Source: an uncultured Gammaproteobacteria bacterium
GTDB taxonomy: Bacteria > Pseudomonadota > Gammaproteobacteria > Nitrococcales > Aquisalimonadaceae
Length of the DNA stretch: 64,000 bases
NCBI GenBank assembly: GCA_963711725.1
Contig: CAVQFO010000020.1
Location: 32,770-96,769, forward strand
Reading direction: 5' to 3'
A program made the position numbers and the translations under genes. The notes beneath the pieces were generated by a model that did not search any database, had not been told where the DNA came from, and worked only from the letters and a program-made list of their open reading frames with translations. Positions within the stretch are counted from its first letter, which is position 1; each line of letters opens with the position of its first letter. Positions 50,701 through 60,566 of the stretch are shown here, piece by piece.

Positions 50701-50896
50701 AACCACAGAGGCACACGAGGCACAGAGTAGATCTCAATCTGTTGTCGGATTGCGTCGGCATTGCTAATCCAGGCTGCAAGATATTTCTTGTCGTTCTTCT
50801 CTGTGTTCTCTGTGCCTCCGTGGTGGGCCCTTCTTGCGACCCGCCATCTGATGCCCCTGCCCAGGAACCGTTCGCGGCGATGAGCGCCGCTCCTAC
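50701..50896. repeat. Family D variant repeat plus a degenerate family A hairpin
   Basis: ccacagaggcacacgaggcacagag (50703-50727) pairs with ctctgtgttctctgtgcctccgtgg (50799-50823). ttcgcggcgatgagcgccgctcctac lies at 50871-50896. Confidence 0.65.
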
Positions 50897-50959
50897 TGAT
50901 ATGGTTTCTCCGACATGCGATAATGCGCCCCGTTTTCGATCCCACGGCGGGGAGGTGTC

Positions 50960-51520
50960 TTGAAGCGGCTTGCGACATGTCGATGGCGGATGCGGGGACA
51001 GCGGTTCGACCGACCGTTGCCTTCATGGCTCCGGTACTGGGTGGATCAAACCGCCTCCCTGACGGCCCGGATCAAGGGCCATTGCCGCGGCGGATTCAGC
51101 GTGCAGGTGGTGGGCGAGGGCTGGCAGCGGCCCACGCTGGATGAAGCCCGCCGGCTGAACATGGCGCCGGACCAGTACGGTTGGGTGCGCGAGGTGCTGC
51201 TGCTGTGCCGCGGGCGTCGCTGGGTCTTTGCCCGCACCGTCATGCCTCACACATCGCTGCATCGCGCCAACAGGGAACTGCTGATGCTGGGCAACCGGCC
51301 CTTGGGTAGTCTGCTGTTTTCCGGGCCGCGGGCGGATCGAGAGCCGGTGGAGGCGGCCAGCCTGCGGGATTGCGCCTGGCTGCGCCGGCGCGTGGAGGCG
51401 GCCACGGGCCTGGAGGGGACGGAAACGCTCTGGGCGCGCCGTGTGGTCCACTATGTCCGAGGCCGACCTATCCTGGTGGCCGAGGTCTTTCTGCCCGAGA
51501 TCGCCGATGTCGCTCAATAA
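50960..51520 (+). CDS. ubiC: Chorismate pyruvate-lyase
   Basis: TTG start after GGAGG. ..LTARIK..VREVLL..G.PWVFARTV.P..LG..LF.. It lies immediately upstream of, and overlaps, ubiA, as is usual. Confidence 0.7.
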   Translation: MKRLATCRWRMRGQRFDRPLPSWLRYWVDQTASLTARIKGHCRGGFSVQVVGEGWQRPTLDEARRLNMAPDQYGWVREVLLLCRGRRWVFARTVMPHTSLHRANRELLMLGNRPLGSLLFSGPRADREPVEAASLRDCAWLRRRVEAATGLEGTETLWARRVVHYVRGRPILVAEVFLPEIADVAQ

Positions 51521-52385
51521 GAAGATGATCCAGGATCGATTGGTTCAGTATGCCCGACTGGCCCGGCTGAACCGCCCCATCGGAAATTTCCTGCTGTTGT
51601 GGCCCATGCTCTGGGGGCTGTGGATTGCCGCCAAAGGTGTACCGGATCCGCTGGTGTTGGTGGTGTTCGTGTTGGGCGTACTGGTGATGCGCGCGGCCGG
51701 ATGCGTGATCAACGATTACGCCGATCGAAACATCGACGGCCACGTCAAACGGACCACCGGCAGACCCATGGCCCAGGGGCGGGTGAGCGAAAAGGAGGCG
51801 CTGCTGCTATTCGTGGGGCTGTGCCTGGTGGCCTTTGGGCTGGTGCTGCTCATGAACCCGCTGACCATCCGCATGTCGTTCGTGGGCGTGGCGCTGGCCG
51901 GCACCTATCCGTTCTCCAAACGTTTTCATCATCTGCCTCAAGTTCATCTGGGGGCTGCCTTCGGCTGGGCGGTGCCCATGGCTTTCACGGCGCAAATGGG
52001 TACGGTGCCGCCGGTGGGATGGCTGGTGTTCATCGCGGCGGTGGTGTGGGCGACGATCTATGACACCCAATACGCCATGGTGGATCGGGACGACGATCTG
52101 CGGATCGGCGTGAAATCCACGGCCATCCTCTTCGGCGAAGCCGATCGCTTGATCGTCGGTATTCTGCAGGTGTTGATGATCATCGCTCTGATCCTGATCG
52201 GGCAACGGGCCCACCTGGGGTGGATCTATTACGGATCGTTGGTGCCGGCGACAGCCCTGTTCGTCTACCAGCAATATCTGATGCGGAACAGGGGCCGGGA
52301 AGACTGTTTCAAGGCCTTTCTGAACAACAACTGGTTCGGCGGAGTGGTCTTTTTAGGGGTGGTGCTGCACTACGCCACGGCCTGA
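51507..52385 (+). CDS. ubiA: 4-hydroxybenzoate octaprenyltransferase
   Basis: [34 protein letters not shown] and [23 protein letters not shown] (both Asp-rich motifs). Confidence 0.9.
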   Translation: MSLNKKMIQDRLVQYARLARLNRPIGNFLLLWPMLWGLWIAAKGVPDPLVLVVFVLGVLVMRAAGCVINDYADRNIDGHVKRTTGRPMAQGRVSEKEALLLFVGLCLVAFGLVLLMNPLTIRMSFVGVALAGTYPFSKRFHHLPQVHLGAAFGWAVPMAFTAQMGTVPPVGWLVFIAAVVWATIYDTQYAMVDRDDDLRIGVKSTAILFGEADRLIVGILQVLMIIALILIGQRAHLGWIYYGSLVPATALFVYQQYLMRNRGREDCFKAFLNNNWFGGVVFLGVVLHYATA

Positions 52386-52404
52386 TGCGGCGTCCGTCAC
52401 AAAC

Positions 52405-52445
52405 GAGAACGATTCGTTATTGACAATCAATCGCATTTGCATTTA
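52405..52445 (+). promoter_or_regulatory. Candidate Fur box overlapping a TTGACA -35 element upstream of bfd
   Basis: gagaacgattcgttattgacaatcaatcgcatttgc contains tandem GATAAT/ATTATC-like hexamers (11/16 to AATGATAATCATTATC by hand). A perfect TTGACA lies at 52420-52425; the -10 element is weak. Confidence 0.4.
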
Positions 52446-52478
52446 CGCTGCTTTCATTGATTCATGAGGGCGGTGTCG

Positions 52479-52694
52479 ATGTACGTTTGTGTCTGTAAGG
52501 CGGTGAATGAGCGCCGGATCAAGGAAGCCGTCGCGGAGGGTGCGCGTTCCATGCGTGAGTTGCGTGCCCAGCTTGGGGTGTGCAGCTGCTGCGGCAAATG
52601 CGGCCGCCATGCCCGGGAAGTCCTGGAGACCGCCTGCGAGGAAATCCGCGGCGCCCTGGAAGTCACCATCCTGCCCACCGGCCAGGCCGCCTGA
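52479..52694 (+). CDS. bfd: Bacterioferritin-associated ferredoxin
   Basis: MYVCVCKAVNERRIKEAV...LGVCSCCGKCGRHA has the four Cys of the Bfd [2Fe-2S] motif. Confidence 0.85.
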   Translation: MYVCVCKAVNERRIKEAVAEGARSMRELRAQLGVCSCCGKCGRHAREVLETACEEIRGALEVTILPTGQAA

Positions 52695-52708
52695 ATCCAG
52701 CATCTTGC

Positions 52709-52882
52709 GTAGGAGCGGTCGTGCCGACCGCGAATGATCCAGCGTTGTCAGAAGAGCACGAAGGACACGAAGGCCCACGAAGCTGTTCACTTGGCTAAAG
52801 CCATGACTGCCCGAAAAGCTTCGTGTTTCTCTTCGTGACCTGAAGCGTAATTGCGATTCGCGGTCGGCACGACCGCTCCTAC
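52709..52882. repeat. Family D MITE-like nested palindrome between bfd and bfr
   Basis: gtaggagcggtcgtgccgaccgcgaat (52709-52735) and attcgcggtcggcacgaccgctcctac (52856-52882). Inner pair gaagagcacgaaggacacgaagg with cttcgtgtttctcttcgtgacc. Confidence 0.75.
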
Positions 52883-52971
52883 GGTCGATTTTACTGCAGT
52901 GCCCCCTTTGGACTCCCGCGTTCCGGCATTAGACTGGTCCCATCTTCACGACAGGGACCAAGGAGACGGCA

Positions 52972-53470
52972 ATGAAGGGCGATACCAAGGTTATCGAGTA
53001 CCTAAACAAGGCGCTGTACAACGAGCTCACCGCGATCAATCAGTATTTCCTTCATGCACGGATGCTCAAGAACTGGGGCCTCACCCGGCTTGGCCGACAA
53101 GGAATACGAGGAATCCATCGACGAGATGAAGCATGCGGATAGGCTCATTGAGCGGATTCTGTTTCTGGAAGGGCTGCCCAATCTGCAGGACCTGGGCAAG
53201 CTGATGCTGGGTGAGCACGTGCAGGAAATCCTGCAATGCGACCTTCGCGCCGAGCAGGAGGCCTGTCCGCTGTTGCGCGAGGCCATCGAGTACTGCGAGC
53301 AGAACAAGGACTACGTGAGTCGCGACCTGCTGCAGGACATCCTGGAGGACGAGGAAGAACACATCGACTGGCTGGAGACCCAGCTGGACCTCATCGAGCG
53401 GGTGGGCGATCAGAACTATTCCGCAGTCGCAGATGTAAAGGGCAGGCCGTGGTCGGTGATCAGACGGTGA
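52972..53470 (+). pseudogene. bfr: Bacterioferritin with one clear frameshift (about 53092) and a probable second one near the C-terminus (possibly assembly errors)
   Basis: ATG 52972 after [46 protein letters not shown], then an extra G in ttggcc, then [36 protein letters not shown]...[23 protein letters not shown]. The alternative frame ends ..PQSQM-TAA at 53436-53438, as typical Bfr proteins do. Confidence 0.8.
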
Positions 53471-53932
53471 CGAAGCTCACTTTGCCGCCGTTTTCCCGGC
53501 GCTGGATGTAGTCGCGGACCATGGCTTCGCTCTCCCCCAGGAACTCCCGGAACTGCAGGCCGAGCCGAAAGGCCTGCTCCGGGCCCACGTAGTGGGTGAA
53601 GGCGACTCGGCAGCGGATGGTGGCCGTGGCCACCGTGTCCTGCCAGGGCAGGGGGAGGCGGACTGTTACCGTGGCGTCGGGCTTGAAGTGCTCGGCGCAC
53701 ACCAGTCCGAGGCCGCCCGAGGAGATGTTGGTGGCTTTGGCGTCCAGCACTCGGCCGTCGGCGGTGCATAGAAGTGCGTGCCGGTCCATGTAGAGATGAA
53801 AGCGCTCATGTCGGCGCCGTTCCGCCCCGCTGTCCACTGCTCCATAGTCCTCCCGACGAAGTGCCCGCGCCTCGCTGGCCTTTCGAGAACAAGATACTGC
53901 CGGAGACTTACGAAGGGCGGGACGCCGCTCAC
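53460..53932 (-). pseudogene. PilZ domain protein with a frameshift just after the start codon (possibly an assembly error)
   Basis: GGGAGG-N3-ATG at 53932 (MEQ..) is out of frame by 1 nt with ..AERRRHERF (RxxxR)...DAKATNISSGGLGL (D-x-S-x-x-G).... Confidence 0.65.
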
Positions 53933-53982
53933 AAAAAGGCCGCCCTGAAGGCGGCCTTTCTCGATCTGCGATATGGCGGCGC

Positions 53983-54588
<606 letters not shown>

Positions 54589-54827
54589 CGAAATCCTCCG
54601 TTGATCAAATGAATAAAACGATGCCGGCCGCCCCGGGTGGGGCGGGCCTGTTTGGAAGCATTCCAAATTATACGCGTGGAGGCGTGTGTCGAGAACCGGC
54701 CAAGTTAGTGGAATCACAGAGGCGCAGCGGGCATGGAAACCACTCAGGTCCTGTCCGATTGGCGGAAGTCCCGGTGCGCTACCCGACCTGGCGGCCCAAT
54801 ATCATTCAGCACAATGACTTTTGTGGT

Positions 54828-54910
54828 CTCGCCAAGGCGCCGAGAACGCCAAGAGATACCGAAGTGGATTTCATGGGTTCCTTGGCGTTGTCGGCCGGCG
54901 CCTTGGCGAG
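54828..54910. repeat. Nested hairpin repeat
   Basis: ctcgccaaggcgccg (54828-54842) pairs with cggcgccttggcgag (54896-54910); inner pair aacgccaag with cttggcgtt. Confidence 0.6.
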
Positions 54911-55019
54911 AGGCCTTCCGTTCCCCTCTCCGCTGCGGAGCCCTTGGAAAGCGGCGGGCGCATTGAACTCCATCAATCTAAGTCGGTGCACATGCCCCCG
55001 GCCATTCGGGGCGACTTAC

Positions 55020-55616
55020 TTACTCATCCACAGGGTCGAAGTCCAGCGCCAGCGCCGCGCGTACCCGTTCCGGCATGACCGCCATGTGGGCGTATTCTTG
55101 ATGGCCGATTCCCAACACCACCTCGGTGTCGGGATCGCGGAAGCGCCGGATCTGTTCCGGTTGGAAAGGGAAGTGGATGAATTGGACCGACGAGGCCTTG
55201 CCCTCGGCGGTGCTGCGGTCCATGTCAGCTTCAGGAACGCCGTGGATCTCCTCGCCGTCCAGACGTATGAACGAGGTCTCTTCCACGCCCCCCAGGGTGC
55301 CCAGGATGCGCTGCCGTCGATCCCGGTCCGGGATCTCGAACATCAGCGTAGCCACCAGTTCCCGGCCCTTGGGTATCAGGGGGTTGTAGGCCGCCAACTC
55401 GTCGTCGATCTGTTCCTGGCCGCCCCGCTCGACGAACAGCATTTCGTGAACCTGGCGCCACATGGTGTCGTAGTTCTCGAAATAGAAGGTGGCGTGAGGG
55501 CCTACCTCAAGCCGGCGGTTGCGCTTCAGCGTGGTGATTTCGGTGCGTTTTTCGGCGCGGATCCTGCCGTATTCGTCCATGGAGAGGATGTCGTCGGGGG
55601 TGATTTCGTGTTTCAT
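55020..55616 (-). CDS. DUF3501 family protein
   Basis: 198 aa. Its position directly after the HdrD-like Fe-S protein and rubrerythrin matches the conserved three-gene arrangement I recall. Family assignment is from memory of the sequence pattern (..ATFYFENYDTMWRQVHEML..). Confidence 0.55.
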   Translation of the reverse strand: MKHEITPDDILSMDEYGRIRAEKRTEITTLKRNRRLEVGPHATFYFENYDTMWRQVHEMLFVERGGQEQIDDELAAYNPLIPKGRELVATLMFEIPDRDRRQRILGTLGGVEETSFIRLDGEEIHGVPEADMDRSTAEGKASSVQFIHFPFQPEQIRRFRDPDTEVVLGIGHQEYAHMAVMPERVRAALALDFDPVDE

Positions 55617-55629
55617 GACGGAAATCCCT

Positions 55630-56967
55630 TCAGATCAGGCCGTAGGCCCGGGCCACAAGCTGGATCGGGTGTTCCGAGCGCGTCGGCGCGTCGGCGCCGT
55701 CCTGGCGCTCCAGACCCTGAACGATATGGCTGCCCGCCAGTGGGCATTCCGAAGCCAGATGCTGTTTGCCGGCGCCGACGACCTGCCGCGCCGCCGGGCG
55801 TCCCACTTTCAGAGCCGTTTCGAAATGCTCCTTCTTGATGCCCCAGGCGCCGCCGTGTCCCGAGCATCGCTCGATGACCGAGAGGTCCATGTCCGGAATC
55901 AATCGCAGCATTTCTGCCGCCTTGGCACCCATGTTCTGGGCGCGGGCGTGGCAGGCCAGATGCAGTGCGACTCCGCCGGGCAGAGGCTTCAGGCCCGGCG
56001 CCATGCCTTCCTTGGAGGCGATGCCGACGATGTATTCGCTGACGTCGGCGGTGTGTTCGGCCAGGCGCTGAACCTGTGCGTCGTTCGGGAGGATCAGCGG
56101 CCATTCGAATTTGATCATCAATGCGCAGGAGGGGACCAGGGCGATGATGTCGTAGCCCTCGTCAATCCAGCGCTGCAGTCGCCCCGCCACCTTGCGCGCG
56201 CTCTCAGCGACCCCCGGGAGATCCCCTTGTTCCAGCCGCGGCATGCCGCAGCAGCCTTCGTAGATCACCTCGGTTTCCACGCCGTTGAGGGCCAGCACAG
56301 CGCGGGTGGCCATGCCGATGTCCGGGTTGTTGTAGTTGCCGAAGCAGGTGGCATAGAGCACCGCTTTCCGGCCGTGGGCGGGCGCTTGCGTGTTGACCTG
56401 GGCTGGTATGTCCCTGGCCCGGCGGACCAGTGTCTTGCGGTGAAACACCGGCAGGGCGGCGTCGCGGTGGACGTCCAAGGTCTTTTCCAGCAGCGGCCTT
56501 GTGACATTGTTGCCGGTACGGTTGGCCCAATTGGCCAGCGGCGCCACGGCGCCGGCCAGGCGCCCGTTACGGTCCGTGCGCGTAAGCGCGTGATCGGCGA
56601 AACCATGCCGGCCCTGGTGTTCCTCCACCGCTCGATGGCGGAGCATCAGGTGGGGAAAGTCCACGTCGAACTCGTGGGGCGGCACATAGGGGCACTTCGT
56701 CATGAAGCACATGTCGCAAAGCGTGCAGGCGTCCGCCACGGCCTGGAAGCCGGAGGCGTCCACGCTGTCCAGTTCGCCGGTTTCGGACTCGTCGATCAAG
56801 TCGAACAGGCGCGGGAAACTGTCGCAAAGGTTGAAGCAGCGACGGCAGCCGTGGCAGATGTCGAACACCCGCCGTTCCTCGGCCTCCAGTTTTTCCGGAT
56901 CGTAGAAATCCGGGCTTTCCCAGGGAATGGGGTGACGCGTGGGGGCGCCCAGTCCGCCTTCGCTCAT
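55630..56967 (-). CDS. Heterodisulfide reductase-related (HdrD/GlpC-like) Fe-S oxidoreductase
   Basis: Two ferredoxin-like Cys clusters (CHGCRRCFNLCDSFP and CTLCDMCFMTKCPY) and CCG-domain motifs (..ATCFGNY..CCGMP.., ..PSCALM..). Confidence 0.8.
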   Translation of the reverse strand: MSEGGLGAPTRHPIPWESPDFYDPEKLEAEERRVFDICHGCRRCFNLCDSFPRLFDLIDESETGELDSVDASGFQAVADACTLCDMCFMTKCPYVPPHEFDVDFPHLMLRHRAVEEHQGRHGFADHALTRTDRNGRLAGAVAPLANWANRTGNNVTRPLLEKTLDVHRDAALPVFHRKTLVRRARDIPAQVNTQAPAHGRKAVLYATCFGNYNNPDIGMATRAVLALNGVETEVIYEGCCGMPRLEQGDLPGVAESARKVAGRLQRWIDEGYDIIALVPSCALMIKFEWPLILPNDAQVQRLAEHTADVSEYIVGIASKEGMAPGLKPLPGGVALHLACHARAQNMGAKAAEMLRLIPDMDLSVIERCSGHGGAWGIKKEHFETALKVGRPAARQVVGAGKQHLASECPLAGSHIVQGLERQDGADAPTRSEHPIQLVARAYGLI

Positions 56968-57043
56968 AAGCCGCTCCCGTGATCAACAGACGAGGCCGCA
57001 AGGGCCCGAGGGGCGGGGTCGGCGACCCGCGCCCCGGCTTGCG

Positions 57044-57475
57044 TCAGCCGTTCAGGCCGTCCAGGGCCTTCTTGAAACGGCCCGCGTGGGAGCGCTCGGC
57101 CTTGGCCAGTGTTTCGAACCAGTCGGCAATTTCGTCGAAGCCTTCATCGCGCGCGGTTCGGGCCATGCCCGGATACATGTCCGTGTATTCGTAGGTCTCT
57201 CCGGCGATGGCGGATTTGAGGTTGGCGTCGGTGGCGCCGAAGGGTTCGCCCGTCGCCGGGTCGCCCACCTCCTGCAGAAACTCCATATGCCCATGGGCGT
57301 GGCCGGTTTCGCCCTCGGCGGTGGAGCGGAACACCGCGGACACGTCGTTGTAACCCTCCACGTCCGCCTTTTGGGCGAAATACAGGTAGCGCCGGTTGGC
57401 CATGGATTCGCCGGCAAAGGCCTCTTTGAGATTCGCTTCCGTTTTGGATCCGCTCAAGCCAGGCATGGTGGTCAC
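57044..57475 (-). CDS. Rubrerythrin-family diiron protein (erythrin type, no rubredoxin domain)
   Basis: [58 protein letters not shown] (ExxH diiron motifs). Confidence 0.85.
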   Translation of the reverse strand: MTTMPGLSGSKTEANLKEAFAGESMANRRYLYFAQKADVEGYNDVSAVFRSTAEGETGHAHGHMEFLQEVGDPATGEPFGATDANLKSAIAGETYEYTDMYPGMARTARDEGFDEIADWFETLAKAERSHAGRFKKALDGLNG

Positions 57476-57535
57476 CTCCGTGGTGGTTTGCAGCCGGTGT
57501 CGTCGGGGGCGGCACCCGCCGCGCCCCTCCTATGT

Positions 57536-57563
57536 GTAATAGCACAGGGCGGCCGGCCGTCAA
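57536..57563 (-). promoter_or_regulatory. Candidate sigma-70 promoter of the rubrerythrin operon
   Basis: Minus strand TTGACG (57563-57558), 16-nt spacer, TATTAC (57541-57536). It lies about 60 nt upstream of ATG 57475, directly downstream of the ICE-like box. Confidence 0.45.
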
Positions 57564-57567
57564 CCAG

Positions 57568-57584
57568 ATTAGAAAAATTCTAAA
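57568..57584. promoter_or_regulatory. ICE-like (Irr-box) palindrome ATTAGAA-AAA-TTCTAAA
   Basis: 16 of 17 positions match the Bradyrhizobium iron control element TTTAGAA-N3-TTCTAAA, recalled from memory. It lies 11 nt after the irr-like stop and abuts the -35 of the rubrerythrin promoter. Confidence 0.55.
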
Positions 57585-57594
57585 GTATGGGAGG

Positions 57595-58005
57595 TCAGGT
57601 TCTGCTGACGCGCACGATGACGTCCACGCGCTGCACGCGGGTGCCGGCGGGCGCCGGGGGGACGTCGTGGACGGAGAGGCGATCGGTGGGGATGTCTTCC
57701 AGGCGGCCTTCCTCTTCGAAGAAGAAGTGGTGGTGGTCGCTGGTGTTGGTGTCGAAGTAGGAGCGCCGGGGGTCGATGGCGATCTCGCGGAGCAGGCCCG
57801 AGGCGGTGAATTGATGGAGGCTGTTGTACACGGTGGCCAGGGAGACCTTTACTCCGGCGGTGCGTGCCTCCTGGTGCAGTTGCTCTGCGGTGACATGGCG
57901 ATGGCCGTGGGCAAAGATGAGCCGGGCCAGAGCAAGCCGCTGGCCCGTGGCGCGCAGGCCGGCCGCGTGCAGTCGTTCCCGGAGTTCGTTCGGTTGGGCC
58001 CGCAT
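57595..58005 (-). CDS. irr: Fur-family regulator of the Irr (iron response regulator) type
   Basis: ATG 58005, 136 aa, no cysteines. LRATGQRLALARLIF..RHVTAEQLHQEA..VKVSLATVYNSLHQFTASGLLREI..SYFDTNTSDHHHFFFEEE is collinear with B. japonicum Irr (..LRPTRQRMALGWLLF..HLTAEML..SLATVYNTLNQLTDAGLLRQV..TYFDTNVTTHHHYYLE), including the HHH motif. Confidence 0.7.
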   Translation of the reverse strand: MRAQPNELRERLHAAGLRATGQRLALARLIFAHGHRHVTAEQLHQEARTAGVKVSLATVYNSLHQFTASGLLREIAIDPRRSYFDTNTSDHHHFFFEEEGRLEDIPTDRLSVHDVPPAPAGTRVQRVDVIVRVSRT

Positions 58006-58157
58006 ACTCGTTGCAATCCTCGCCGTGGCGGCGGTACGTACACCAAAGCTTAACTTTACCCGCGCCACTCTGCCAGCAGGACTCTTACGTCGGGAGGTCT
58101 TGACGCGTTTCGTGGGGCTTGCCGGAGTTTGCGGCGAGGGGCGGTTCGCGGCCGGGT

Positions 58158-58589
58158 CTAGAACGGTTTGATCACTACCAGGATCACGATGGCGACGAGA
58201 GCCAGGGCGGGGGCTTCGTTGAACCACCTGTACCAGACGTGGGAGTGGTGATTTCGGTCATCCCTGAAGGCGCGCAGCAGCCGACCGCAATAAAGGTGGT
58301 AGCCAATCAGGGCGACGACCAGCAGCAGTTTGATGTGCAGCCAACCCTGCTTGAGCCAGCCCGGAAAGATCCAAAGCATGGCCAGCCCGCATGCCACCGC
58401 CAGCCAGGCGCTGGGCGTCATGATGCCGCGGTAGAGTTTGCGCTCCATGATCTTGAACCGCTCGCGGCTGGGCTCGTCCTCGGCCATGGCGTGGTAGACG
58501 AAAAGTCGGGGCAGATAGAACAGGGCCGCGAACCACGTGATGACGAAAATGATATGGAACGCCTTGAACCAGAGATAGGCACCGGACAC
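58158..58589 (-). CDS. hemJ: Protoporphyrinogen IX oxidase HemJ
   Basis: GTG 58589. YLWFKAFHIIFVITWFAALFYLPRLFVYH..RFKIMERKLYRGIMTP..H.K.. is the HemJ/UPF0093 pattern. Confidence 0.8.
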   Translation of the reverse strand: MSGAYLWFKAFHIIFVITWFAALFYLPRLFVYHAMAEDEPSRERFKIMERKLYRGIMTPSAWLAVACGLAMLWIFPGWLKQGWLHIKLLLVVALIGYHLYCGRLLRAFRDDRNHHSHVWYRWFNEAPALALVAIVILVVIKPF

Positions 58590-58593
58590 CGCT

Positions 58594-59106
58594 TCAGCTC
58601 CGGGTGGTACCGGGCAACATGCCCTCAATCTGCTTGCGGGTGCGCTCCAGGTTGAGTTCCCCGATGGTGCGCTGAACGATATGGCCTTGTGGGTCTACGA
58701 GGAAGCTGGTGGGTGTGACCTGAATGTTTCCGAAGGCCTTGGCGTAGGTGCCGTCGGCGTCCAGGGCGATGGAGTAGGGCAGCCCTTTTTCCTTGCGCAT
58801 GGCGCGGACCTGGTCCGGGGGGTCGTAGGACATGGCCACGGCCACCATGTTGAAGCCCTTCTCGTGGAGGTCCTGGTAGAGCGCCTTGAGTTGCGGGATT
58901 TCCGCGACGCAGGTTACGCAGGACGTTGCCCAGAAGGTCACCAGAGTCGGGTGGCCGCTGTCGCGCAAGGCGATCTGCTGGCCGTCCAACGTCTTCAAGG
59001 TGATGTCCGGCGCATCGCCGCCCTGCCAGGGCCCGAACCAGATGATGGCGACGGCGATCAGTACCGCAGCCAGGCCGCCGTTCACTATCAGGCTTTTGGG
59101 TTTCAT
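58594..59106 (-). CDS. TlpA-family thiol:disulfide oxidoreductase (membrane-anchored thioredoxin-like)
   Basis: N-terminal TM segment. TLVTFWATSCVTCVAEIP (CxxC) and ..TPTSFLVDPQGHIV... Confidence 0.8.
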   Translation of the reverse strand: MKPKSLIVNGGLAAVLIAVAIIWFGPWQGGDAPDITLKTLDGQQIALRDSGHPTLVTFWATSCVTCVAEIPQLKALYQDLHEKGFNMVAVAMSYDPPDQVRAMRKEKGLPYSIALDADGTYAKAFGNIQVTPTSFLVDPQGHIVQRTIGELNLERTRKQIEGMLPGTTRS

Positions 59107-60566
59107 GCTGTTTTGCCCTCAGCGCTTTCAGCCTTGCTGCCACCCTCACCAGTGGCCGGAGCCTCTTCGGCAGGTGGCGTGGTATCCCGCCAGAACGCCT
59201 TGGCGAGCACCGCGTAGACGGGTTCCGGGCAGATCAGCCGCGAGGTGCCGTGCGCAATCAAGGTCGTCGCCATCAGCGGTACGATCAAACCGTTGTTGTC
59301 CGTCATCTCCATGACAATGACGAAGGTGGTGATCGGCGTTTGCACCACGCCCGCGAAATACGCGGCCATCCCCAACAGTATAACCGTGGCCCGGGGTGCG
59401 AAGGGCGCCAGGTGCGCCATGGCTCCACCCAGCTCGGCGCCAGCCGAGAGGCTGGGTGAGAACAGGCCGCCCGGAATGCCGCTGAGATAGGACACCAGAG
59501 TTGCCGCGATCTTCAGGAACGGCGAGAAGATGGTGCCGTGGTAGTCGGCCAGGGCACCCTGGCCGTTGCCGAGCAGGGCGCGGGCCTCGCCATAACCGGT
59601 GCCGTAGGTGTGGCCGTGGGCCAGCAGACCCACCACCACGATAAGCAGGCCGCAGCCCATGCCGAAGAGGATGGGCTTGGAGCGCCGGATAGGTCCCAGG
59701 CGCTGGGAGCCCTTGATGAGCAACTGGCTGAACAAGCCGCCGAACAGGCCACCGATCACGCCGCAGATGGGTATCACCACCCAGCTGGTGTCCATGGGCA
59801 GCGCCGTGGAAACCTCGCCGAAATACGAATAGTTGCCGGCCATGATCAGGGTGGTCAAACCAGCGAAGATTACCGACGTGAGCACGATGCCGCTGGTGTA
59901 CTCCTCATAGGTCCGGTTCAGTTCTTCGATGGCGAACACGATACCGGCCAGTGGTGTATTGAACGCCGCCGACAGCCCCGCCGCGCTGCCCCCGAGAATC
60001 AATCCCTTTTCCAGGTAGTGGGCCGGGAATCGGGCCAGTCGGGCCATGGAATACATGATGCAGGCGCCGACGTGAATGGTCGGGCCCTCGCGGCCGATGG
60101 AGGCACCGAACACCAGGCCCAACAGGCTGACGACCACCTTGGCGATGGCAACGGGAATGGAAAGCAGCGTCTTGCGCAGGGGGTGGACGGCCTTGACCTG
60201 CAGCGAGGCAATGGCTTGGGGGATGCCGCTGCCGCTGGAGCCGGGGAAGTACCGCTCGGTAAACCAGACCAGCAGGCCCATGCCCAGCGGCGTGATGGCA
60301 AGCGGCAGCCAGGGTGAGCGATGCCAGACCAGCATGAACAGTTCGCTTGCCTTGTCCGCGGAGAAAGCGAACCCCACGCCGATGGCACCCACCATGAGAG
60401 CGGAGATCCAGAATACCAATCGGACCCGCCAGGCCAGCGGCGAAAAAAGTTGATGTCGCGACTTGCGAAAATTGCTGAGCATCGCATCCAGCTTGTTGAT
60501 CGGTTGATGTCCAGCCCCGAGGGCCGCACCGCGTATTACCGGGTCCGTGCTGGCGCGCAACGCCAT
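59103..60566 (-). CDS. ClC-family voltage-gated chloride channel/antiporter (no CBS domains)
   Basis: GSGIPQ, GREGPTIH, GIVFAIEE, and the GLFSPSL-type selectivity region. The start is uncertain (ATG 60566 or 60482). Confidence 0.8.
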   Translation of the reverse strand: MALRASTDPVIRGAALGAGHQPINKLDAMLSNFRKSRHQLFSPLAWRVRLVFWISALMVGAIGVGFAFSADKASELFMLVWHRSPWLPLAITPLGMGLLVWFTERYFPGSSGSGIPQAIASLQVKAVHPLRKTLLSIPVAIAKVVVSLLGLVFGASIGREGPTIHVGACIMYSMARLARFPAHYLEKGLILGGSAAGLSAAFNTPLAGIVFAIEELNRTYEEYTSGIVLTSVIFAGLTTLIMAGNYSYFGEVSTALPMDTSWVVIPICGVIGGLFGGLFSQLLIKGSQRLGPIRRSKPILFGMGCGLLIVVVGLLAHGHTYGTGYGEARALLGNGQGALADYHGTIFSPFLKIAATLVSYLSGIPGGLFSPSLSAGAELGGAMAHLAPFAPRATVILLGMAAYFAGVVQTPITTFVIVMEMTDNNGLIVPLMATTLIAHGTSRLICPEPVYAVLAKAFWRDTTPPAEEAPATGEGGSKAESAEGKTA

